The translations under genes and the position numbers were made by a program. A DNA stretch of 20,486 nt. It comes from Prasinococcaceae sp. CCMP 1430. Lineage: Eukaryota; Plantae; Prasinodermophyta. The DNA is taken from positions 2,366-22,851 of the forward strand of contig RQSC01001156.1 in the NCBI GenBank assembly GCA_013416795.1, written 5' to 3'. Shown here one piece after another: positions 8,163 to 18,519 of this stretch (position 1 is the stretch's first letter; each line of letters starts with the position of its first letter). Under the pieces are notes generated by a model. It did no database searches and had not been told where the DNA came from. It worked only from the letters and a program-made list of their open reading frames with translations.

Positions 8163-9777
8163 TCACGCGTCCAGCGCCTTGGCGCCCTCCGCGCCACTGC
8201 CGCCGCTGTCGCTGCCGCCAGCGATGTCCTTGAGGTCCCGCAGCAGCGTCTTGATGAAGAAAGCCGTCTCGTCTGGGTTGGCCACCCACAGGATCGAACA
8301 AAATCCCCGCACCTGCGTGTCGTTCCCCGTGAGCGTGAACCTGTCGCCGACGTGCAGCGTGTGCCCCCCGACCACACCCAGGTACGCCTGCAGTGCTTGC
8401 AGGCCGATGGCCTTGTTGCCAACTGCGCAAGCGCGCGCGGGGGCGGGGGGGGATGGAGCGTTCGGGCGCGCGCGACGCAGGCGTCGAGTCAGCGCCAGGC
8501 GCCCAGCCCAAGCAACAACGGCCGCGCCGCGCTGAGGAGAGCGCATCGCACCGTCGCAGAAGACGTCGTTCCCCCCGTTGAACGCGCAGAAGGGCAGGTC
8601 AAGCTCCGCCGACTCGAGATCGTAGCGCGTGGACAGCGCGAGTTCCTCGAGCGCCTCGTACAGCGTGGGCCGCACGGGCACGACGCCGACCGCACGCGAC
8701 TTGCGAATGAGGTCGACGTCCATGCTGAGGCGTGCTGCGTGGGACTCGAGCGAGGCCTGCGCGGTGTCCAGGAGCGCCTCGACGGCGGATTCGTCCCACC
8801 CGATCATCTCCTCTGTCTGCCAGCGCTCGTTGGGCACGAACTCGAGTCTGTAGTCATCCGTCACGGCCAGCAGGTAGTTGCACTCACCCCCCATCATGTG
8901 AAATCTGTCGGTGGTCTCCTTCGGCAGCTGCAGCTCCTCGAAGGCCGCGAGCAGCGCTCGGATGCGCGCCTCGAATCGCTCGGCCTCGGGATACCCAGCG
9001 GCCGTGACGATGGCCACCTGCACGCCGCGGCGCATGAGCGACACCAGCAGCGAGATCATCTTGTTGTCCGCCTCGAAGTGCTTGCCGTCCTCGTACAGCG
9101 TGCCATCAGCGTCGAATGTCACAAGCAGCGGCAGACTCTCGCCCTCGCCGCGGGTGAGCTTGGCCAGCGCGTGCACCTGCGCGATGTTCAGCACGTGCCG
9201 GACCTCGGCAAAGTTGGGCGGGACGTAGCGCCGGCGGCTCAGCCCGCTGAACTGGTCGTACTCGGCGAGCGCGTCGGCCAGCGGCAGGGGCGTGAGAAAG
9301 GAGCCCAGCACGGGCACGTGCATGCTGAGCGTCGAGCCGTGCGGCCGGGCGCGGTGCTCGTCCACCCACCGCTCCACCTTTGCGAAGACCGTCTCCGGCC
9401 CGTCGGTCGCGTGCAGCCTGATGATCCAGTCGATCAGCGCATCCTGCTCCTTGAGGCGCCCCTTGCGGCGCAGCACGTGCGTGTCCTGCGATTCGGGGCG
9501 AGAGCGATGTGAGGCGGTCGCCGCTGTCAGCGCTCTGCGCAGGAGGAGGCAGTGCGCGAGGGTGTTGGAGGGAGGCATTCGCGCACCAGGCGAGGCGAGG
9601 CGCGCGCGCGAATTGGCGCGGCCGGCGCCCGCGCGCGCACCTGCACGGAGATGGCGCGGCCGAACGCGTGCTCGGCAACCTGCGCCTCGAGGAACTGCTT
9701 CCAGTACTTGTTCGATCCACCCGGCCCCCCGCCGTCCCCGTCGTCGCCGGCGCCCACCTCGGCGCCGCCGTGCGCCG
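8163..9777 (-). CDS. ISN1: IMP-specific 5'-nucleotidase (HAD family); exons >9777-9641, 9485-8552, 8422-8163; start lies in the gap
   Basis: HAD motif I is LVTFDADGTLYEDG. Other segments: LRRKGRLKEQD, RRYVPPNFAEVRHVLNIAQV, IVTAAGYP, MGGECNYL, PFCAFNGGNDVFCD|VGNKAIG and TLHVGDRFTLTGND. Introns 9486-9640 and 8423-8551 are GT-AG and keep the frame. Confidence 0.95.
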
Positions 9778-10564
9778 NNNNNNNNNNNNNNNNNNNNNNN
9801 NNNNNNNNNNNNNNNNNNNNNNNNNNNNNNNNNNNNNNNNNNNNNNNNNNNNNNNNNNNNNNNNNNNNNNNNNNNNNNNNNNNNNNNNNNNNNNNNNNNN
9901 NNNNNNNNNNNNNNNNNNNNNNNNNNNNNNNNNNNNNNNNNNNNNNNNNNNNNNNNNNNNNNNNNNNNNNNNNNNNNNNNNNNNNNNNNNNNNNNNNNNN
10001 NNNNNNNNNNNNNNNNNNNNNNNNNNNNNNNNNNNNNNNNNNNNNNNNNNNNNNNNNNNNNNNNNNNNNNNNNNNNNNNNNNNNNNNNNNNNNNNNNNNN
10101 NNNNNNNNNNNNNNNNNNNNNNNNNNNNNNNNNNNNNNNNNNNNNNNNNNNNNNNNNNNNNNNNNNNNNNNNNNNNNNNNNNNNNNNNNNNNNNNNNNNN
10201 NNNNNNNNNNNNNNNNNNNNNNNNNNNNNNNNNNNNNNNNNNNNNNNNNNNNNNNNNNNNNNNNNNNNNNNNNNNNNNNNNNNNNNNNNNNNNNNNNNNN
10301 NNNNNNNNNNNNNNNNNNNNNNNNNNNNNNNNNNNNNNNNNNNNNNNNNNNNNNNNNNNNNNNNNNNNNNNNNNNNNNNNNNNNNNNNNNNNNNNNNNNN
10401 NNNNNNNNNNNNNNNNNNNNNNNNNNNNNNNNNNNNNNNNNNNNNNNNNNNNNNNNNNNNNNNNNNNNNNNNNNNNNNNNNNNNNNNNNNNNNNNNNNNN
10501 NNNNNNNNNNNNNNNNNNNNNNNNNNNNNNNNNNNNNNNNNNNNNNNNNNNNNNNNNNNNNNNN
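9778..10564. other. Assembly gap (787 N)
   Basis: N run. It should hold the ISN1 start and the divergent promoter. Confidence 1.
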
Positions 10565-10654
10565 GGGCGTCGCGGGACGGCCGCGGCGCAAGAAGGACGG
10601 TAGCCCGCGCCGGCGCCGCCTCCGGGCGGGGAGCGAGGGGTGGGGGCGGGCGCC

Positions 10655-11401
10655 ATGCCGCCGCGAAGCGGTGCCGCCGGGAGCGAGCTGAACGTGTCCG
10701 CCGCCGAGTTCGTGCCGCGGTGGCGCTCGACCGTGGCCGGCCAGCCCCAGTCCCAGCAGCACAGCGCCACGGGGTGGTTGCAGATGCCGGCGGCCCTGGA
10801 GCGGTCGCCTGTAGGTGCTGGCCTCGTGGCCCAGGGGGAGCGCGCTGGGCCCGACGCGCAGACTCAGCACCGCCATCGCCAGCAGCGTCAGCAGCAGCGG
10901 CAGCATTCGCAGCAGGACCAACATCGGCACCAGCACCAGCACCAGCGGAGGCCTCGGCGCAATCGCAATCACCAATCACCAAAAGAGCGCCGTGGCCCCG
11001 AAGAGCAGCGGGGCCAACGGCGGCGGGAGGGGACGCAGCGGCAGCCGCGCGATGCGGAGGGCCAAGGCCAACGATCGCCGCAGCAGCACGGGTCAGGTCG
11101 CGCACAGAGGCATCGAAGGCAACGAGGCGCAGCACAGGACCGCTCGGCTCGAGGGGCCGAGGGCGACGGCGCGTGGGAGCCCCCGACGGAGTCCGCCGCG
11201 CGCGCCGCCACTGGCGCGGGCGTCGAGGCGTACGAGCCGGGCGCTGGCGCGTCCACCGTCTCCTACCGTCCGCCGCTGTTCCGGGCGCAGCAGCAGGCGG
11301 TGTTTGCCGCCGTCGCGTCCGCCCTCCGAGAGAACGGCCGCGCGCAGCCGAGCACCTCGTCACCAGGGCCGGCGCGCCGCTCATCCGACGCGTCCGCGTC
11401 A

Positions 11402-11436
<35 letters not shown>

Positions 11437-13663
11437 TCGCGCGGCGGAGGCAGATGACGTTGCGGCGGTCTGCCGAGCGGGCACGCGCAGTGAGGACGCT
11501 CCACCGTGGGCCGACCTCCCTGGCGATGCGCTCGCCCTTGTCGCCGCGCATCTGAGCCGCGGATTGGGGCGACCCAAGCCGTACAGGAGGACGAGTGCGC
11601 GGACCGGCCACCTGCGCGACGCGGTGTGCTTTGCGGCGACGTGCCGTGCCTTCCGCGCGGCGGCTGCGTCTGCGCCGACCACCATCACCGCCGTGCCGGA
11701 TGTCAATGCGGTCCTGTCTAGGGGGCTGGGGCTGGCTCGATTGGGCGCCTCAAGCGACGCGAAGCAGACGGACCTGCCGGCTGCGCATTGCTGGGCCAAG
11801 GCGGCGGTGGCAGCCGCGCGCCTCTTCCCGATGGCAAATGTGCTCGACCTCACTGGCGCTGATGCCGGCGACGCGGATGTGGCGCGGGCGCTCGTGCCGC
11901 TTCGGCGGCTGCGCGCGCTCGTGCTCGATCGCAACGCACGCGTCACGGATGTGACGATGCGCAGGCTCATCGGGGACGACCAGAACACGGATGGGGACAT
12001 CGATGCTGACGAGCTCGAGTTTGCGGCTGAGCTGGACGAATTGCGCATCCTGCGGCGCATGAGCGGCATAGGGTTGGGCGACACGCCTTCGGAAGGCGAG
12101 GAGGCGGCTGCTGACCCCCGCTTCGGCGGGGCGGAAGGCGAGGCGCGAGCAGCGGCGGAGGAGCCGGCGCGCGCGGCGTCTGCGAACGCAGGCCAGCCGC
12201 TTGTCGAGGATGACCTCCCTCCGCGCCCACTACTGGCAACGCTGAGCGTGCAGCGTTGCTACGGGATGGCCGCGCAGGCCATGCTGCGCCTGCTGCAGCC
12301 GCAGCCAAAGGACTCGCAGCTGCGATGCCTGCGCGTGCTGCTGCTGTCGCACGTCGCCATGCCAAGCTCCTTCCTGGCGGCCGCGCGGGGAGACGCGAAG
12401 CCGTCGGGCGGTTCGCCCGCTTTGCCGTCGCTGCGAGCGCTGGGCCTTCTGAATTGCGTGGCAGAAGTCGCCACCGCGGACGAGCTGGTGTCTGCGGCAG
12501 CGGGCCTGTCCCCGAGCCTGTCCGTGCTGCTGCTCGGCGGCACGCGGCTACGGCGCGCCGACATGCCCGTGGCAGCGCACCCTGAGGAGGCCGCGCTCGT
12601 GGTGGCCGCTGAGTCGACACTCCCCAAGCTGGCGCTACTGGAGTGCACGTTTTGCACGCGCGAGCGCAGCGACGCGCGACAGTCGTCGCTCCTCGCCGAG
12701 GGCACCGACTCAACCTGCGCGCAGCACATGGCCCTGCGCGGCGCGGGGTGGGACCTCATGCGCCTCCGCGATGCCGTCGAGCTGGCCGGGGGTGGCAGGG
12801 CGCTGCTGACGCGCCAGGGCTTCGGGCCGACGGACGCGTCGCTCATGCTGCGCGCGGCTGCGCAGTGCGCTGCGAACGGCCAGCGCGCGCCGCTGCACCT
12901 CGCCGCCGCCGCGACGGCCTCGGAGGGTGCAGCGACTCACTGCGCAGCGCTGCTTTCGCTGGGCGCGCTCGTTGACTTCCGCGACACGAGCGGTGCCACG
13001 GCGCTCTTCCGCGCGGCCGAGGCCGGCGTTCACGATTCCGCATCGATGCTTGCGTACGCGGGCGCCTCGCCGCTCGCGGCGACCAACGCTGGCGAGACGC
13101 CGCTGTACATTGCCGCGCTGCGGGCCCACGAGGACATCGTGCGCACCCTGCTCGACGCCGCAGCGCTGCGCGGGACGGACTGGGCCTGTCGTGGCGCGTA
13201 CGCAGACGGCTGGACTCCGTTGCACGCTGCCGCGGTGGGCGACCGCGTGAGCATAGCGGCCGCACTTCTCTCCGCCGCGCACAGATCGTGGGGCGCCGAG
13301 GCCGCGCGCCTGCTCGCCGACGAGAGCAACCGCCACGGCCAGACGCCAGCGCACGTCGCTGCGCGCAGGGGCAGCGTGAGCATGCTCAAGGTGTTCATCG
13401 GCGTCGGCGCGGACATGGGCGTGCGCGACGCCATGGGACGCACTCCGGCCGACGTGGCGCGCCGGGAGGGCAAGATCGAGGCCCTGGCGCTCATCGCGGC
13501 GGCGGCGGGCGACGACCTCGCCTCGGAGCGCCGCGCCGCGCGGCGCGCCTCGGGCGATGAGGAGAGCGGCGGCCGTTGCCTCAAGCGACGCGAACGGCGC
13601 GCGAGCACCGCCACTGACTCTCTCGCCATTTCGGCGGCGCTCGCAAGCGCCACACACACCTGA
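10655..13663 (+). CDS. Intronless 1002-aa protein: PAM2 motif, Q/H/R-rich region, F-box-like motif, LRR-like repeats, about 6 ankyrin repeats
   Basis: An in-frame TAG at 10601-03 precedes ATG 10655. PAM2: SELNVSAAEFVP. F-box-like: PPWADLPGDALALVAAHL...CFAATCRAFRAAA. LRR-like: LRALVLDRNARVTD, LATLSVQRC, LRALGLLNC. Ankyrin cores: APLHLAAA, GATALFRAAEAG, GETPLYIAA, GWTPLHAAA, GQTPAHVAARRG, GRTPADVA. Confidence 0.8.
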
Positions 13664-13783
13664 GCGAGGCCTCGCGAACCCGCGCGCAACTGCATTCTGT
13701 AGCCAAAGCAATGCCACGTATTGTATGGCTATTTCTGTGTACTGTACAGACTTGATTGACAAAGTACAAGATGGCGATGCGCG

Positions 13784-15473
13784 TCAGTCGTTCTCCGAGT
13801 GCTTGAAGTCATAGACATAGAAGAGGCTGCGGAGCCTCGCCATCGCCGCCGCCGCGGCCGCCGCGGCCACGGCGACCGCGGCAGGCGCCGTCGCGGCTGA
13901 CAGCGTGCCGTCGCTGCTCGTCGATGCCACAGACGCAATGGACACAGCCGCGACGAATCCGACGGCGGCGGCGATGCTCGTCAGCGCCAGCGCGGCATTC
14001 ACCCTACGCAGCGCGGCCTGGCACTGCACGCAGTCCTTGACGTGCGAATCGTACACGTCAAACATCGCGCGCCGATCCGCCAGAGACAGCGGCGGCGCGG
14101 CCGCGCCGCCAGCGAAGGGGATCCCGCCTGTCCGCTCAATCCACGCGCGCGCGTCCGCCGACGCCCTGTCCGTCGGCGTGGGCATGAAACACTCGCTCGC
14201 CCACGCAAAAGTCTCGCCTCCCTCGCGCGCCACGCGAGCGCGCGCATCCACGGCCTGCTGCTGGCCCAGGAGCAGCGAGAGGTCCTGGTGCAGGAATGCG
14301 GCGCCGCCGATGTGGAGCAGCCACGCGGGCGCACCGGCCACAGCGTACCGCGCGAGGCCGTCCACGGCGCCAAGCGAGAGCTTCGCACCGCCGGCCGACG
14401 TGCGGACGATGGTCGTCCCCACCGAGGTCGCCCTGCCGCGCTCGTTTGGCACGATGTAGAGCTGGAGCACGAAGCGCGCTCCCGTGCCCGTGCCGCCCTC
14501 TGGCGTTATCACAATGCGGACCAGGCACGGCGGGGTGAACTCATAGACCACGCTGTCCTGGGGCGCCGAGGGGTGCACTGTGTACGCGAGCCCCGCGGAG
14601 AGCGGCGTGGGCGTGGACGTTGACGACGCCGACGAGGACGAGGCGGGGCGCATCTCGAAGGGACGCGGGTCAGCGTAACGGTCGCCCGCGATGCCGTGGT
14701 GCGCCACCACGAGGTGGGCGGCGTCCATGGCGTTCTCGAGCCAGGCCTCAAAGCCGTATGGCAGCGCTCGCCGCGTCCATGCGGTGCGCACGCCGGGCGA
14801 TCCTCCGCCTCCCTCGAGCTCCTCCGCGCCGGGATGCGGCGCAGCGGCAGCGCGCGCGTGCTCGTCTGCGCCGCCCGCTCGCCCCCACACGAAGAGCAGG
14901 CCCTCCCACTCGCGCGTCGGCCTCGCGCGCGAGCACGCGCGGGCGTTGCACGCGAACGCTGCCCTGTCGCCCGTAGCCTGCGGCACGTCGACGCACGCGC
15001 CATCGCCGTCGAAGCGCCACGCGTGGTACGCGCACAACAGCGACGCGTCCTCGCCGCGCGTGCCGGGCTCGACGCGCCCCTCGGACAGCGGCGCGAGCCG
15101 GTGCGGGCACGCGTCGTCGAACGCGCGCCAGCCGCCGCCCCGCTCGTGCGAGCGCCACAGCACGATGGGCTCGCCGAGCAGGACCACGCGGTGCGGGAGC
15201 GACGGGTCCATATCGTCGATCACCGCCATCGGGTACCACTGCGAGCGCCAGTCGAACTTGGCCGCGCCGCCGGCGGCCGCGGCCGTCGCGCTGTCTGCGG
15301 CCGCGGCCACCGACGAGGCGGCGCTGGGCGGCGCCGGGGGGCTCGGGAGGTCGCGACGGTGTGGCGCGCGCGCAGCCGGTCGGCGCGCGCAGCAGGCGCC
15401 GAGCGGATCGCGCTCCCGTTCTGCGGTGCGCACTCCCTCCGAAAACCCTCGCCGTACTTTCCCAAGCACTCAT
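13784..15473 (-). CDS. Rieske mononuclear-iron oxygenase of the PAO/PTC52/Tic55 family; exact start unresolved
   Basis: Rieske ligands [11 protein letters not shown] and CAYHAW; iron site [14 protein letters not shown]; family C-terminal CxxC (SHVKDCVQC) followed by a hydrophobic TM segment; FDWRSQWYP at the start of the domain. Confidence 0.88.
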
Positions 15474-15551
15474 GTGCACATCACAAAAATAAAAAATCGG
15501 AACAAAAATCGGCAATGTACGTACGTATACACAGGGCGGCGGTCGCGTGAC

Positions 15552-17588
15552 TCACATCACCTGGTACCCGGGCCCGCCGCCGCCCTCGGGCGGCGTCCAG
15601 GTGATGTGCTTGCCGGGGTCCTTGATGTCACACGCCTGCTCGAGCGGCGCGGCCGGGGCGGCCGTCAGCGCGAGGCGCGCGGGAACGAACGCTGTGGTGG
15701 CGGTGGCGTGCGTGCGTGTGTGTGTAGGGGGGGGGGAAGGCGACGGCGACGCCGCTCTGAGGAGAGGTGGCTCGACAGAGCGCGCCCGCGCGAAGGCACG
15801 CACGCAGGGGGTCACTGTTCGAGCCTCGGGGCCGCACCCGGCGATCAGGAGACGGACGCGCAGCGTACCTTGCAGTGCAGACAGTTCTGCGCGTTGATGA
15901 CGAGCTTGACGGCAAGCCCCTCCCCACCTTCTTCCTTCCCCCCACCAGACGACAGCTCGTCGTCGTCGACGACCCACTCGTAGACGCCCGCGGGGCAGTA
16001 GCGCGTCTCGGGCCCGCCGGCGAGGCTGTCGTAGTTGAGCCTCTTCATGGCTGCCCTGCCCTCGTCGCTCACGCGCAGGTGTGCCGGCTGGTCGTGCTCG
16101 TGGTTGGTGCCGCTGCGCGCGAGCGACGTCAGGCGGTCGAACGTGAGCACGCCGTCGGGCTTGGGGTAGCGCCTCATGGCGTCCTCCCTGGTGGGGAGCG
16201 GGCCGTCCCCAGCGCCGGCGTGCTCGGTGAACGCATCGCGGTCGCGCCCCTCGTGCTCGAGCGTCCACGGCGCCCTCCCGCCGAAGAGGTAGGTGTCCAC
16301 GGCGGCGTTCACCAGGCCGCCGTACAGGCCGTGCTTGAAGCCCGGGCGGATGTTGCGCGCGAGGTACAGCTCCTCCCACACCCAGCTCGAGCGCAGCGCG
16401 CCCTCGTACGACGACAGGTCGACGGGCGCCGCGCAGCCCTCCTTCGAGCCCTCGTCGGCCTCGTCCGCGCACCCCTCCTCCAGCAGCTGCGCGACGGCCG
16501 CCTCGGCGGCCAGCATGCCGCTCTTCATGGCCGTGTGCGTGCCCTTGATCTTGGGCACGTTCAGGAAGCCCGCCGCGCAGCCGACGAGCGCGCCGCCCGG
16601 GAAGTGCAGCCGGGGCACGCTCTGGTAGCCCCCCTCGTTGAGCGCGCGCGCGCCGTACTGCACGCACTCGCCGCCCTCGAGCACCGCGCGCACCGCCGGG
16701 TGCGTCTTCCAGCGCTGGAACTCCTCGAAGGGGCTCAGCGTGGGGTCGGCGTAGTCGAGCGCCACCACCATGCCCAGCGCCACGCGGTTGTCCGCCATGT
16801 GGTAGAGGAAGCTGCCGCCGTACGTGTCGTCGTCGAGCGGCCACCCCACGGAGTGCCAGACCGTGCCCTCCGAGTGCTGTCCCGCGGGCACCTCCCACAC
16901 CTCCTTGACGCCCAGCGCGTACGTCTGCGGCTGGCACTCGCCGCGCAGGCCGAAGGCCTCCATCGCGGCCTGGCTGAGCGAGCCGCGGCAGCCCTCCGCC
17001 AGGAGCGTCGCGCGGGCGCGCAGCGCCATCCCCCGCTCGAAGGTGTCCTTGCGAGCGCCGTCCCTGGCGACGCCCATGTCGCCCGTCGCCACGCCGCCGA
17101 CGGCCCGGCCGCCCGCCCCGTCGTCCTCGAACAGCAGCTCGGCGCCGCAGAAGCCGGGGAAGATGTCCACGCCGGCCTCCTCCGCCTTGCCCGCGAGCCA
17201 GCGGGTGACCTGGCTCAGCGAGACGATGTAGTTGCCGTCGTTGCGCATGTGCGGCGGCGTGAGCGGCACGCGCACCGCCGCCGTCTCGGTCAGTATGGCG
17301 AAGACGTCCTCCTTGGCCTCGGTGCGGAACGGGTGCGCGCCGTCGTCGCGCCAGTCGGGCAGCAGCTCGTCGAGCGCGCGCGGCTCGAACACGTTGCCGC
17401 TCAGGACGTGCGCGCCCACCTCGGCGCCCTTCTCGATGACGCACACGCTCAGATCGTCGCCCGCCAGTTGCTTGGCGCGCAGCGCGGCCGAGAGCCCCGC
17501 GGGGCCCGCGCCCACGATGAGCAGGTCGTACTCCATCGCCTCGCGGTCGCCGCCGCCGTCGGACGCGCCGGCGGCGGCGCGCGCCGCC
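15552..17588 (-). CDS. ETFQO: Electron transfer flavoprotein-ubiquinone oxidoreductase; exons >17588-15869 and 15635-15552; start lies in the gap
   Basis: FAD motif YDLLIVGAGPAGLSAA; GAHVLSGNVFEP; NVPKIKGTHTAMKSGMLAAE; 4Fe-4S ligands RYCPAGVYE and NAQNCLHCK|ACDIKDP; C-terminus PEGGGGPGYQVM. The intron 15636-15868 runs GTACGC...gcAG. Confidence 0.97.
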   Translation of the reverse strand, partial: GGARRRRRVRRRRRPRGDGVRPAHRGRGPRGALGRAARQATGGRRSERVRHREGRRGGRARPERQRVRAARARRAAARLARRRRAPVPHRGQGGRLRHTDRDGGGARAAHAAAHAQRRQLHRLAEPGHPLARGQGGGGRRGHLPRLLRRRAAVRGRRGGRPGRRRRGDGRHGRRQGRRSQGHLRAGDGAARPRDAPGGGLPRLAQPGRDGGLRPARRVPAADVRAGRQGGVGGARGTALGGHGLALRGVAARRRHVRRQLPLPHGGQPRGAGHGGGARLRRPHAEPLRGVPALEDAPGGARGARGRRVRAVRRARAQRGGLPERAPAALPGRRARRLRGGLPERAQDQGHAHGHEERHAGRRGGRRAAAGGGVRGRGRRGLEGGLRGARRPVVVRGRAALELGVGGAVPRAQHPPGLQARPVRRPGERRRGHLPLRREGAVDARARGARPRCVHRARRRWGRPAPHQGGRHEALPQARRRAHVRPPDVARAQRHQPRARPAGTPARERRGQGSHEEAQLRQPRRRARDALLPRGRLRVGRRRRRAVVWWGEGRRWGGACRQARHQRAELSALQGTLRVRLLIAGCGPEARTVTPCVRAFARARSVEPPLLRAASPSPSPPPTHTRTHATATTAFVPARLALTAAPAAPLEQACDIKDPGKHITWTPPEGGGGPGYQVM

Positions 17589-18519
17589 NNNNNNNNNNNN
17601 NNNNNNNNNNNNNNNNNNNNNNNNNNNNNNNNNNNNNNNNNNNNNNNNNNNNNNNNNNNNNNNNNNNNNNNNNNNNNNNNNNNNNNNNNNNNNNNNNNNN
17701 NNNNNNNNNNNNNNNNNNNNNNNNNNNNNNNNNNNNNNNNNNNNNNNNNNNNNNNNNNNNNNNNNNNNNNNNNNNNNNNNNNNNNNNNNNNNNNNNNNNN
17801 NNNNNNNNNNNNNNNNNNNNNNNNNNNNNNNNNNNNNNNNNNNNNNNNNNNNNNNNNNNNNNNNNNNNNNNNNNNNNNNNNNNNNNNNNNNNNNNNNNNN
17901 NNNNNNNNNNNNNNNNNNNNNNNNNNNNNNNNNNNNNNNNNNNNNNNNNNNNNNNNNNNNNNNNNNNNNNNNNNNNNNNNNNNNNNNNNNNNNNNNNNNN
18001 NNNNNNNNNNNNNNNNNNNNNNNNNNNNNNNNNNNNNNNNNNNNNNNNNNNNNNNNNNNNNNNNNNNNNNNNNNNNNNNNNNNNNNNNNNNNNNNNNNNN
18101 NNNNNNNNNNNNNNNNNNNNNNNNNNNNNNNNNNNNNNNNNNNNNNNNNNNNNNNNNNNNNNNNNNNNNNNNNNNNNNNNNNNNNNNNNNNNNNNNNNNN
18201 NNNNNNNNNNNNNNNNNNNNNNNNNNNNNNNNNNNNNNNNNNNNNNNNNNNNNNNNNNNNNNNNNNNNNNNNNNNNNNNNNNNNNNNNNNNNNNNNNNNN
18301 NNNNNNNNNNNNNNNNNNNNNNNNNNNNNNNNNNNNNNNNNNNNNNNNNNNNNNNNNNNNNNNNNNNNNNNNNNNNNNNNNNNNNNNNNNNNNNNNNNNN
18401 NNNNNNNNNNNNNNNNNNNNNNNNNNNNNNNNNNNNNNNNNNNNNNNNNNNNNNNNNNNNNNNNNNNNNNNNNNNNNNNNNNNNNNNNNNNNNNNNNNNN
18501 NNNNNNNNNNNNNNNNNNN
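17589..18519. other. Assembly gap (931 N)
   Basis: N run. It should hold the starts of both ETF-QO and the Dabb gene (divergent). Confidence 1.

Noticed and set aside
7535-8551. Stop-free, in-frame introns (SYP61 213 nt; ISN1 129 nt) as regulated retention
   Set aside because: One third of introns are multiples of three by chance, and stops are rare at this GC content.
15320-15556. GTGAGT overlapping the ETF-QO stop could be spliced to a downstream AG, giving an ETF-QO-Rieske fusion
   Set aside because: The nearest acceptors are out of frame. ETF-QO has its normal C-terminus, and the two proteins are expected in different organelles.
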